Shown one piece after another: positions 9,637-19,152 of a stretch of 64,000 bases of DNA. The position numbers and the translations under genes are program-made. Under the pieces are notes generated by a model, which saw only the letters and a list, made by a program, of their open reading frames with translations, searched no databases and was not told the DNA's origin. The DNA comes from an uncultured Gemmatimonadaceae bacterium (lineage in GTDB: Bacteria; Gemmatimonadota; Gemmatimonadetes; Gemmatimonadales; Gemmatimonadaceae). The number at the start of each line of letters is the position of its first letter. Positions within the stretch are counted from its first letter, which is position 1. The stretch lies in NCBI GenBank assembly GCA_963740355.1, contig CAVUDW010000003.1:2048001-2112000 (forward strand), given 5' to 3'.

Positions 9637-11555
9637 CACCCCGGGTCTACGCCCTCCTGGTGGGCATCAACGACTACGTCGCCGTGCCCAAGCTGCATGG
9701 CTGCGTCGCGGACATCTCGGCCGTGGAAGCACTGCTGTCCTCACGCATCCCGAAGGACGCGCTCGACATGCAGGTCTTGCATGACGACAATGCGACCCGC
9801 GCCGGCATCATCGACGGATTCCGGACTCACCTGCGAAAGGCCGCGGCGGACGACATCGCGGTGTTCTACTTCTGTGGCCACGGATCGCAGGAGAATTGCC
9901 CGCCGGAGTGGCTCCCGCTCGAGCCAACGAGCAAGAACCAGACGATCGTGCCGGTGGACGCCCGAACCGGCGACGTGTTCGACATCGCGGACAAGGAGTT
10001 GAGTGCGCTGATCCACGAAGTGGCAGCAGGTGGTGCACAGGTGGTGACGATCTTCGACTCGTGTCACTCCGGTGGCGTGACACGTGATATCGACGACACG
10101 ACGCTCGGGCATGAGAGCCCCGTGCGCATGACTGCCGCCAGCACCGGGCGGACGCGAACACTCGCCGACTATCTCGATCTCGCACGCACCCTGTACGACC
10201 CGACGCGCATCGCCGCCGAGGGGCCACCCGATCCCAGTCATATCGCGATCTCGGCCTGTCAGTACGACCAGACGGCGAAGGAATTCCCGATACAGCCACC
10301 GCGCCGCGGTGCGTTCACGCAGGCGTTCGAAGAGGCAGCGAGTTCGCTCGGCCCGTCTGCGAGCTACATCGATCTCGTCACAGCGGTCCGCACGAGAGTG
10401 CGTGATCGCGCCACGGACCAGATGCCGAGCCTCTCAGTGATTGGCAAGGCCGACGGTGCCTCGATCTTCATGGCAGGGCATGTCGGGCGGCGGGACCTCA
10501 CCTTGGACATCGATTCGACCGGAGCATGGTGGTTGTCGTCGGGATCGATCACCGGTATTCCGCCAACTGAAAGCGGCAACGTCACCTCCGTCGCCATTTT
10601 CCCGCGAGGCGCCTTCGACTCGCCTGCCGCGACACCTGCGCCGATTGCGACAGCGACCATCGATCTCGTCACCGCCGATCGTGCACGTTTGAAGTTGGGC
10701 AGCAATTCAGCACCGCTTGATGCCGCACAGCAGTACCTCGGTACAATTTCTGGTATGGGTACGCCGCCCCTCAATGTCGTCGTTACTGGGGCGGTGGCCG
10801 AGCAGACTGCGGCAGTCACGACGGTCCTGGCCGGGCGCAGTGGGCTGTTCGCCGTGAATGCGACGGCGACATCGAGCTTGCCGACGGTCACCGTTCGTGT
10901 CGATGCGACAACAGCCACGATCCACGACGCCGATGGCGCGCCATTGCCGAACCAGCAGTTCACGCTCGAAGCCGCGGGGCTGCAGTCGCTCGCCAACGCC
11001 TGTGATCATCTCGCGAAGTGGTACGGCACGCGCGATCGCACGCCGATCGCATCGACGCTCAACGGCAGGGTGACGATCGACGTCGTGCCCGTCGCGCCCG
11101 GTGAGACGACGGTTCCTCCTGATCGCGCTGCTGTCGCTCCCACCAATGGCACGGTCGTGCTGCGCTACACGGGTGACCAGCCGCCGGTGGTGCAGTTCCG
11201 GCTCAAGAACACGTCGGGAGTGCGGTTGTATGTCGCACTCCTCGACCTCACCGATTCGTATGGATGCTCGGTGAAGTTCAGCGATTGGATTCCCGCCGGC
11301 GGCACGGCGCTCGCCGGTGGCGGCAAGACGTACAAGATGAGCTTTGCCGCGTGGCGGGATCCGTCGTTCACGGTCACGACCGACATCATGAAGCTCTTCG
11401 CCGCCACCAGTGATTTCAGCACGACGCAGCTCGTGCTCGAATCGCTGTTGAAGCCGAAGGTGGTGGGCGGGACGCGGGAAGCGGTGGAGGAGGAAGAGGA
11501 GCCGGACACGTCCTTTTGGGGGACGACGGCGGTTGTCGTGGAGACGCGGCGGTAG
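9633..11555 (+). CDS. Caspase-like protease (peptidase C14) with C-terminal Ig-like (DUF4384-like) domain
   Basis: ATG overlaps the upstream stop (ATGA at 9633-9636); YALLVGINDY..LHGCVAD, FYFCGHGS, FDSCHSGG, ISACQYDQTAKE, RGAFTQA; C-terminal FRLKNTS..LYVALLDL...DIMKLFAAT. Confidence 0.92.
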   Translation: MTPRVYALLVGINDYVAVPKLHGCVADISAVEALLSSRIPKDALDMQVLHDDNATRAGIIDGFRTHLRKAAADDIAVFYFCGHGSQENCPPEWLPLEPTSKNQTIVPVDARTGDVFDIADKELSALIHEVAAGGAQVVTIFDSCHSGGVTRDIDDTTLGHESPVRMTAASTGRTRTLADYLDLARTLYDPTRIAAEGPPDPSHIAISACQYDQTAKEFPIQPPRRGAFTQAFEEAASSLGPSASYIDLVTAVRTRVRDRATDQMPSLSVIGKADGASIFMAGHVGRRDLTLDIDSTGAWWLSSGSITGIPPTESGNVTSVAIFPRGAFDSPAATPAPIATATIDLVTADRARLKLGSNSAPLDAAQQYLGTISGMGTPPLNVVVTGAVAEQTAAVTTVLAGRSGLFAVNATATSSLPTVTVRVDATTATIHDADGAPLPNQQFTLEAAGLQSLANACDHLAKWYGTRDRTPIASTLNGRVTIDVVPVAPGETTVPPDRAAVAPTNGTVVLRYTGDQPPVVQFRLKNTSGVRLYVALLDLTDSYGCSVKFSDWIPAGGTALAGGGKTYKMSFAAWRDPSFTVTTDIMKLFAATSDFSTTQLVLESLLKPKVVGGTREAVEEEEEPDTSFWGTTAVVVETRR

Positions 11556-11568
11556 GGCGGGCGCAGAA

Positions 11569-13587
11569 TCAGCGTGGTCTTTCGACTAACTGTGGTTGCG
11601 CGCGACCTGCTGCCTGCAGACCGTTGCCGAGTGCGCCGAAGACGTTGGAGCCCCAGCACCAGGCCTTGCCGCTCGCGCTGAAGGCGCAGGCGTGGCGAAA
11701 GCCGACGCTGATCGACGTAAAGTTACCTGCTGGTTGATTTGGGATCAGCTTCGGTGCGAACTCGACTCCGAGCGCGTCGCTTCCGCTCTGCCGCCATTGG
11801 TTGCTGCCCCAGCAGTACGCCGCACCCGAGGATTCCAGTGCGCATGTGTGTGAGGAGACGGCGTCTCCGCCTGCTACCACGTACGCGAGTGGCGACGAGG
11901 AAGCAACAGTAGTTGGCGTCGTGACGAATCCGACGTTCGAGTTGATGCCAAGCTGGCCACTTGAATTGTCGCCCCAGCACTGCGCCACACCGTTCGCTCG
12001 AAGTCCACATGTATGCTTATAGCCTGCACTGACCGACACATACGGGCCGCCCAAAACTGTGTCCGTCAATGCGTCAGTGCTCTGCAACGTACCGAGTCCG
12101 AGTTGCCCACGGTCATTGGCGCCCCAACAGAAAGTCCGTCCCGCTACCGTGACGGCACATGTGTGAAATCCGCCGGCGGCGATCGATCGAAATGTTGTAT
12201 CCGGATAGATCGGAATGGGAGTCGTCGAGTTCACACGGCGCGCGTCGCCGAGCTGCCCTGTCGAGTCACGCCCCCAACAGAACGCCTTGCCTGCCGCCGT
12301 CAACGCGCACGCATGGTTGGCACCCGCAGAGATCGAGTCGAAACGTTCGCTGCGCACGGTCACGAGGCGCGGCGTAGTGCCGCCACCCGGCGACGAACCG
12401 TTGCCGATCTGGCCGTACGTGTCCGATCCCCAGCAATAGGTCGAACGATCGGTCGTGATTCCGCACGCGAAGTTGCCGCCGAGCGAAATTGTCTTGAAAG
12501 AGAGTGTATTCGTCGAGTCGTGCTTCGGTGAAAGTGAGCAGGCGAAGCGAACGGGTGAGGGGGCTTCGAAGGAATCGAAACAGAGGCTATCCCCAGCAGT
12601 CGCAAGCTGCCCGAGATCTCCCTTGCCCCAGCAATAGAGACGTCCGGTGACCGTCGTTCCGCAGGAGAAGTCGCCCCCTGCTCGGACCGTGACCAGGTCG
12701 CGTTCGAGCACCGTGAGCGTGATCGAGGCGGTCCGGAATCCAGAGGCCGCCGAGATCGTAACAGCGCCCGCACTCCGGGTAATCACGCGTCCCGATGTAT
12801 CGACAGTCGCAACCGTGTTGTCCGAGGTCGTCCAGACGAACTTCCGCCCCGCGACTGCACGATCGTCGTACCCGCGTGCCGTCGCCTTGACGATCACCGT
12901 ATCCGAGGCGAGGACCTGCGTCACGGGCGTGGTCAAGGCGATGTCCTTGATCACCGGAAGGACGGTGACAGTCCCGGAGCCGGCCGCGGAAATTGCCGAC
13001 GCGGTCAGGCCCGCAACGCCTGGCGCCACCGCGTGGACAGTGCCGGTCGAATCGACGGTCGCCACGGTTGGGGCGAGCGAGGTCCAGACGAAGCGTGTCC
13101 CGGCAACTGCCTTCGCACTGTCGTCGAAAGCCGTCGCCACGAATCGAAGGGAGTCCGCACGGACGATCGGGTCATCCACGATGATCGTGTCGCTCCGCGG
13201 CGTGACGGTGACCCGTTGTGCGGCGCGAGCGATCACAATCGTGGCGTATCCCTTCACGCGCGCACTGGCCGCAATGCGCACCGTGCCGAGATTGACCGGC
13301 CGGACCACACCCGCCTCGTTGACCACCGCGACCGAGGAGTCCTCGGTGAGCCAGATCACCCGCCCGCCGGTGATCGTCTGGAAGTCGGTGCCGACGATGC
13401 GTGCTGACAGCTGCCGCTGGTCGGTCGGGCGCAATGTGTCCGCCACGAAGATCGTATCCACTTCCGGCGTCACGTCGACGCGCAGAACGCTGGAGCCGGT
13501 CAGGCCTGGATCAATCGGGCCAGTATCCGCATCACAACCTGCAAGTGTCAGCGCGAGGCCGAGGGAGAGGAGAGCGCCGCGAGTCAT
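11569..13587 (-). CDS. Lipoprotein with Ig-like (Big_2) domains and an RCC1-repeat beta-propeller
   Basis: Lipobox LAGC after a hydrophobic leader (MTRGALLSLGLALTLAGC); WTSxxxxVATVDxxG Ig repeats; repeated ISAGxxHxCxxxxxGxxxCWGxNxxGQLG. Confidence 0.9.
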   Translation of the reverse strand: MTRGALLSLGLALTLAGCDADTGPIDPGLTGSSVLRVDVTPEVDTIFVADTLRPTDQRQLSARIVGTDFQTITGGRVIWLTEDSSVAVVNEAGVVRPVNLGTVRIAASARVKGYATIVIARAAQRVTVTPRSDTIIVDDPIVRADSLRFVATAFDDSAKAVAGTRFVWTSLAPTVATVDSTGTVHAVAPGVAGLTASAISAAGSGTVTVLPVIKDIALTTPVTQVLASDTVIVKATARGYDDRAVAGRKFVWTTSDNTVATVDTSGRVITRSAGAVTISAASGFRTASITLTVLERDLVTVRAGGDFSCGTTVTGRLYCWGKGDLGQLATAGDSLCFDSFEAPSPVRFACSLSPKHDSTNTLSFKTISLGGNFACGITTDRSTYCWGSDTYGQIGNGSSPGGGTTPRLVTVRSERFDSISAGANHACALTAAGKAFCWGRDSTGQLGDARRVNSTTPIPIYPDTTFRSIAAGGFHTCAVTVAGRTFCWGANDRGQLGLGTLQSTDALTDTVLGGPYVSVSAGYKHTCGLRANGVAQCWGDNSSGQLGINSNVGFVTTPTTVASSSPLAYVVAGGDAVSSHTCALESSGAAYCWGSNQWRQSGSDALGVEFAPKLIPNQPAGNFTSISVGFRHACAFSASGKAWCWGSNVFGALGNGLQAAGRAQPQLVERPR

Positions 13588-13889
13588 CGATTTTCCGAGG
13601 GGAGAGTCCGTTCCGATCAGCTGAGCTGAGCCGACGCAAAGGTTCGATACGAGTCGAAGCCTTTGCACGGATCAGACCGGAACGCCGATCGGCGCGGCAC
13701 GTCCACCCCCTCCTCTACAGCGACGCTGCTTTGAGCGCCACACTGTCCGCGGCTCGTCTCGGATTGTGGCAGCTTCGCTACGAAAGTGCAGCGCACTCAA
13801 AGGATGGCTGCATCCCTACTAGGAATATTCTGCTAATATATCAAAACATCGTGCGTGACATATCACGCCGGAATCCTCTGCGAGGCCCG

Positions 13890-14252
13890 CTACGCTGGCG
13901 ATATCTCCCCCATCGAGAAATACACCGCCTTCCCATTGCTCCGCGCCAACTCCACCATCTCGTCCGCCCCCGCACTCGCCCCACCAATCCGCAGGCACCC
14001 GTCACACTTCGCCACCAGCCGACGCGAAATGGGGTGAAAGATCTCGTTGAACACGGGATCCCCGATCCCGGTCGAGCCACCATGCTCGATCAGCGGCAAT
14101 GCAAACCACTCGCCCATCACCGGGAGATGGCCGGCTCGAAAGAGCTGCAGCGACGCCTCGGTCATCGCCTCGACGTTCTTCGCGATCAGGGTCGGATCGT
14201 CATTCGTGCCCGAGCGATAGGGGCCGGCGACGAGGATCATCTGGACAGGCAT
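13890..14252 (-). CDS. Small DUF4406-like protein (nucleoside deoxyribosyltransferase-like fold)
   Basis: ILVAGPYRSG N-terminal strand-loop and CDGCLRIGGASAGADEMV motif; ATG at 14252. Confidence 0.65.
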   Translation of the reverse strand: MPVQMILVAGPYRSGTNDDPTLIAKNVEAMTEASLQLFRAGHLPVMGEWFALPLIEHGGSTGIGDPVFNEIFHPISRRLVAKCDGCLRIGGASAGADEMVELARSNGKAVYFSMGEISPA

Positions 14253-14378
14253 GCGTGCTCGGTTGAAGGAGTGAAGCGGCCGCACCGCGCGTGGCTCTAA
14301 GGGAGCGCGAGGCAGAAGGCGTCAGGACGCACACTGGACGTGCTCGTGCCCGACGCACCGTACTACGGCACCAGTCAG

Positions 14379-14768
14379 TCACACCGTCAGCTCGATCCGG
14401 TTGCCGTCAGGATCGAGCGCGACACTCTCGTAATAGCCGTCGCCGGTGCGCCGCGGCCCGTCGAGAATCGGATAGCCGTCCGCGCGCAACCGCGTCGTCA
14501 TCGCATCGACCGCCGATTCGGCCCCAAGCGCGATCGCGAAATGGGCGAGACCATGGCGCTGCGCCCCCGGCTCGGCGGACACCAGCGACAGGGTGCTGGT
14601 CGTCATCACCTCGAGCCGCGCCCCATCGCCGAACGACAGGAACCGCGACTCGAAGCCCTTCTTCTCGTTGCAGTACAACTCGCCGACCACCGCGCCGAAA
14701 TACTTCGCGTAGAACGCCGTGCACCGATCGAGGTCGGTCGTCCAGACAGCCAGATGATCGATGCGCAT
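14379..14768 (-). CDS. VOC/glyoxalase family protein
   Basis: MRIDHLAVWT..DL...FY, ARLEVM, GLAHFAIAL, PRRTGDGYYESVALDPDGNRIEL. Confidence 0.92.
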   Translation of the reverse strand: MRIDHLAVWTTDLDRCTAFYAKYFGAVVGELYCNEKKGFESRFLSFGDGARLEVMTTSTLSLVSAEPGAQRHGLAHFAIALGAESAVDAMTTRLRADGYPILDGPRRTGDGYYESVALDPDGNRIELTV

Positions 14769-14800
14769 CGCAGGCGGCTCCGTGCAAGGGTCGTGGTGCG

Positions 14801-17800
14801 TCAAATCTCGAGGTGGTCACCCTCGCGCGCCACCATCTCATACAACACTGGCATCAGGAAGACGCTGATCAGCAACCGCGAGAACAGGCCGCCGATGATC
14901 ACCAGCGCAAAGGGCCGCTGCGAATCGGTGCCGACACCGGTGGCCAGTGCCGCCGGCAACAGGCCGAACGCCGCCACCAGCGCAGTCATCATGATCGGGC
15001 GCAGGCGCAGCAGCGCCGCCTCGCGCGTGGCTTGCACAATCCCCGTCCCAGCCAGGCGGAGCTCGTTGGCGCACGAGATGTAGACCACGGCCGTCTGCAC
15101 CGAGACACCGAACAGGGCCAGGAATCCAATGCCCGACGACACCGAGAAGGGTGTGCCGGTCACGATCAGTGCCACCATCCCGCCGATCGGCCCCGACAGG
15201 ATCACGCCCAGCAGCGTGATGACCGGGAACTTCACGTTGTGATAAAGCCCGAACAGCAACAGGAAGATCAGCGCGATCGTGATCGGCAGCACTACCTGCA
15301 ACTGGCTCCGCGACGCCTCGTACTCTTCGTATTCCCCGCCCCACGCCGCGCGATACCCGATCGGGAAACTCACCACCTTGTTCACCTCACGCTGCGCCTG
15401 TTGCACGGCACCAGCCAGGTCACGCCCCTCCACCGAATACTGGATGCCGATGTAGCGACTGCTGTTCTGCCGATAAATGAACGAGGCGCCGTTGCTGATC
15501 TGCAGTGTTGCCACCTCGCGCAGCGGCACCTGGCTCCCCGACGGCGTCGCCACCAGGATGTTGCCGATCGCTTCCGGCGACTGCCTGAACTGCGGCTGCA
15601 AGCGCACCACCAGATCGAAGGTCTGCTCGCCCTGCACCACCTGCGTCGCCGCCGCACCTCCCACCGCAGCCTCGATCAAGCCGTTCACCGTCGCTGCGCT
15701 GAGCCCGAATCGGGCCATCTTCTCGCGGTCGAGCTGGATGGTGAGTGCCGGCTGCCCGAACTCCTGCACCAACGTCACGTGCGTGATGCCCGGCACCTTC
15801 TCCAGCACATGCTTGACCTCCATCCCCTTCGCCTCGAGTGTGCCGAGGTCGGTGCCGAAAACCTTCACGTCCAGCGCGCTCTTGAGGCCTGTCTCCGCTT
15901 CGTCGACCGCGTCTTCGGCGGGCTGCGTGAAGTTGAACTGGATGCCGGGGAAGACCTGCAGCTTCTCGTTCACCCGCGCAATCAGCGCCGCCTTCGTCCG
16001 ATACGCGCCGGTCCACTCCGAGTACGGCTTCAGCCCGACATAAAACTCGGCATTGAAAAATCCCGTCGGATCGGTGCCGGCGTCGTCACGACCATGCTCC
16101 GATGCGACAGTCGTCACTTCGGGGAACGTCGCCAGGATTCGCCGCACCTCGGGCACGATCTTCGCGCTCTCCTCGAACGAGATGGTGTACGGCATGGTCG
16201 CGCGCACCCACATCGCCCCTTCATCGAGCTTCGGCATGAACTCGCCGCCTACGCGAAACGTCAGCGCCGCGGCAATCACGAACAGCGCCGTGCTCACGCC
16301 AACCACCGTGCGGCGATGCGCCAGGCTCCAGTCGAGCAGCGTCTCGTAGCGATCGCGAAGCCAGTCGAAGGCCAGGTTGCGCCGCTCCTTCACGCCACCG
16401 CGCAGCAGCCAGGTGCACAACACCGGCACCACGGTCAGGGTCAGCAGCAACGCACCAAGCAGCGCGAAGATCGTGGTATCCGCCATCGGCGCGAACAACT
16501 TGCCCGATGGACCGTTCAGCACATAGATCGGCAGGAACCCGGCCACGATCACCGCCACCGCATACACGATCGGCCGATCGACCTCCGACGCGGCCCCGAT
16601 GATCACCTCCTTCAACGAATACTGCGTGCCCTGTCGCCGCGCGATCTGTCGGTGGATGTTTTCCACCATCACCACCGCGCCGTCCACGAGGATGCCGAAG
16701 TCGATCGCGCCAATCGACAGCAGGTTGGCCGGGATGTGCCGCAGGTCGAGGCAGATGAACGCGAAGCAGAGCGACAGCGGAATCGTCAGCGCCACGATCA
16801 AGCCAGCCCGCACGTCCATCAGGAAGAACACCAGCACCACGATCACCAGCACGATGCCGCGGACCAGGTTGTCCTCGACAGTCTTGGTCGTGAGGGCGAT
16901 CAGGTCTCGACGATCATAGTATGTCCGGATCTTGACATCCTTCGGCAGCACATGGTCGTTGAGGTCACGCGTCGTGGCCTCGACATGCTCCAGCACCACC
17001 TGCGCCTGCTCACCCACCCGCAGCAGGATGATCCCTTCCACGGCATCGTTGCGGGTGTTAAAGCCGAACTGGCCGAGTCGCGGCGCCTGCCCGATCTCCA
17101 CGCGTCCTACGTCCTTCACCAGAATCGGAATGCCGTTCTTGGTCGTGATCACGACGTTGCCGATATCCGCCAGCGTCGCGACACGCCCCAGACCGCGCAC
17201 GTAGAAGAACTGCCCGCCCTGCGTGTAGAACCCACCACCCGCGTTGTCATTGTTGTCGCCGAGTGCCGACGTCACGTCGGACACCGACAATCCGGCGCCG
17301 GCCAGCTTCGATGGATCGATCAGGACCTGATACTCCATCGTCTCGCCGCCCAACCCACCCAGGTCAGCGACACCGGGTACCGCCTTGTAAGCCTTCGACA
17401 GGATCCAGTCGTTGATGACCTTCAGTTCCATCGCCGATCGATCCGGACTTTCGAGCACGTAGCGGTAGACGAGACCCGAGGGCGAGAACAACGGCTCGAC
17501 GCCCGCCGACACACCGTCTGGCAGCGCCACATCGGGGATGTGCTCGAAGGCCCGCTGTCGTGCGAAGTACGGGTCGGTGCCATCCTGGAACGTCAGCACC
17601 ACATGCGACAGGCCGTAGAGCGATACCGAGCGCACGACCTTCACCCGTTCGATCCCATTCGTCTCGCGCTCGATCGGCAGCGTCACCAGTCGTTCGACTT
17701 CCTCCGCCGCATGTCCGGGCCACGCGGTCGTGATCGACACCAATGGCGGCGAGAGGTCTGGATACGCATCCACCGGCAACCGACGGAACGACCAGATGCC

Positions 17801-17977
17801 AACGGCCAGCAACGTGAGGGTAAAGATCGCCGTCAGGAATCGCTGGTTGAGCGCGGCCCGCACGATCTTGTTGGCGAACGAGGGCGGTCCGACATGTGTG
17901 TTCTCGCGCGACGCCTCAGCGGCATCGAGTTCGGCGTGCCCAGATGGGCCAGCTGACGAATCGTCGGCGGCACTCAT
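14801..17977 (-). CDS. CzcA/CusA-family heavy-metal efflux RND permease
   Basis: LPVDAYPD, AEEVERLVTLPIE, ANLLSIGAIDFGILVDGAVVMVEN, EFMPKLDEG, RLRPIMMTALVA; 1058 aa. Confidence 0.96.
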   Translation of the reverse strand: MSAADDSSAGPSGHAELDAAEASRENTHVGPPSFANKIVRAALNQRFLTAIFTLTLLAVGIWSFRRLPVDAYPDLSPPLVSITTAWPGHAAEEVERLVTLPIERETNGIERVKVVRSVSLYGLSHVVLTFQDGTDPYFARQRAFEHIPDVALPDGVSAGVEPLFSPSGLVYRYVLESPDRSAMELKVINDWILSKAYKAVPGVADLGGLGGETMEYQVLIDPSKLAGAGLSVSDVTSALGDNNDNAGGGFYTQGGQFFYVRGLGRVATLADIGNVVITTKNGIPILVKDVGRVEIGQAPRLGQFGFNTRNDAVEGIILLRVGEQAQVVLEHVEATTRDLNDHVLPKDVKIRTYYDRRDLIALTTKTVEDNLVRGIVLVIVVLVFFLMDVRAGLIVALTIPLSLCFAFICLDLRHIPANLLSIGAIDFGILVDGAVVMVENIHRQIARRQGTQYSLKEVIIGAASEVDRPIVYAVAVIVAGFLPIYVLNGPSGKLFAPMADTTIFALLGALLLTLTVVPVLCTWLLRGGVKERRNLAFDWLRDRYETLLDWSLAHRRTVVGVSTALFVIAAALTFRVGGEFMPKLDEGAMWVRATMPYTISFEESAKIVPEVRRILATFPEVTTVASEHGRDDAGTDPTGFFNAEFYVGLKPYSEWTGAYRTKAALIARVNEKLQVFPGIQFNFTQPAEDAVDEAETGLKSALDVKVFGTDLGTLEAKGMEVKHVLEKVPGITHVTLVQEFGQPALTIQLDREKMARFGLSAATVNGLIEAAVGGAAATQVVQGEQTFDLVVRLQPQFRQSPEAIGNILVATPSGSQVPLREVATLQISNGASFIYRQNSSRYIGIQYSVEGRDLAGAVQQAQREVNKVVSFPIGYRAAWGGEYEEYEASRSQLQVVLPITIALIFLLLFGLYHNVKFPVITLLGVILSGPIGGMVALIVTGTPFSVSSGIGFLALFGVSVQTAVVYISCANELRLAGTGIVQATREAALLRLRPIMMTALVAAFGLLPAALATGVGTDSQRPFALVIIGGLFSRLLISVFLMPVLYEMVAREGDHLEI

Positions 17978-19152
17978 TGATGCTCCGCGAACTGCACGAA
18001 CAGCGCGCCGTCGGCCAGCACGCGCTCGCCGGCCTTCACGCCACTCGCGACCTCGACACCACCGTCGACGCTGGCACCGATCGTGATGCGCCGGCGCGAG
18101 AAGCTCGAGTCACTGTTGGCGATGAACACGAACGGCAGGTTGTCGTCGTCGCGCAGGATCGCCGACGCCGGCAAGACCAGTCCCGTACGCGATCGCGCGC
18201 CATGCAAACGCACCCGCACGAACATGTCGCGCTTCAGCAACTGCCCCGGATTGGCGGCGAGGATGCGCACCGTGGTGGCACGCGTTCCCGGATCGACGAT
18301 CGGTGCCACGAAGTCCACATGTCCCTTGACCGGCGTGGCAGAGACGTCCGTCAACACGTCCACCGCCACACCATTGCGCACAGCCCCGATATCGTCGCCG
18401 TAGACACTCGCCAGCACCCACATCGACGACAGATCGGCAATCGTGAAGGCCGGCGTCGTACCAGCCTGCAACAGCTGGCCCGGGGTGATCAGCTTCTCCA
18501 CCACCTGGCCGCTGATCGGCGCCCGAATCGACCCTTCGATCAGCGGCACGGTCTTGCCTTCGTGAATCGCGGTGATCGTCGACTGCTCGATGCCCAGCGA
18601 ACGCAGTTGCTGCGCAGCGGCGTCACGGTCGGCATTGGCAGCGGCCGCATCGGTGCGCGATTGATCGAGGTCGCTACGCGCCAGGGCGTCATTCGCAAAC
18701 AGCTGCTCGTTGCGATCGAGGATGCGCGTGGCATTGCGCAGCATCGCTTCTGCCTTGCGATAGTCGGCCACAGCGGTCGCGAAGTCCGGCGATGACACGG
18801 TCGCCAACACCTGTCCGGCACCCACCCGCGTGCCGAGTTGCGCCACCAATCGCACCACCGGCCCGGAGATCGGCGAAATGACCTGCGTGCTGCGGTCACC
18901 GTTGAAGGCGACGGTTCCGGTGGCCTCGACCATCGGCGTGAAGGTGGTGTCGGCCACCGTGATCACCTGTAGCCGCGCGCGCTGCGCCGCCGTCACGCGG
19001 AAGGTCGAAGGATGCACCGCGGTGTCGCTGGCGTTGGCGGCCACGGTCGTCGCAGGCGAGGACTCGTCACCACCCTTGCACGCCACCACCATCGTGCCCA
19101 GGCCTGCCAGCGTCACGAGGCGACGCATCGTGAGCAATCCGAGATCAGTCAT
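17974..19152 (-). CDS. RND efflux periplasmic adaptor (CzcB-like)
   Basis: Lipoprotein-like VVAC, ISPISGPVVRL, IRAPISGQVVE, FTIADLSSMWV, VDPGTRATTVR, GVKAGERV; 4-bp overlap with the permease start. Confidence 0.94.
   Translation of the reverse strand: MTDLGLLTMRRLVTLAGLGTMVVACKGGDESSPATTVAANASDTAVHPSTFRVTAAQRARLQVITVADTTFTPMVEATGTVAFNGDRSTQVISPISGPVVRLVAQLGTRVGAGQVLATVSSPDFATAVADYRKAEAMLRNATRILDRNEQLFANDALARSDLDQSRTDAAAANADRDAAAQQLRSLGIEQSTITAIHEGKTVPLIEGSIRAPISGQVVEKLITPGQLLQAGTTPAFTIADLSSMWVLASVYGDDIGAVRNGVAVDVLTDVSATPVKGHVDFVAPIVDPGTRATTVRILAANPGQLLKRDMFVRVRLHGARSRTGLVLPASAILRDDDNLPFVFIANSDSSFSRRRITIGASVDGGVEVASGVKAGERVLADGALFVQFAEHQ

Noticed and set aside
14291..17956. 1221-aa + strand ORF
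   Set aside because: Antisense shadow of czcA; Arg/His-rich with no domain motifs, as expected in high-GC DNA.
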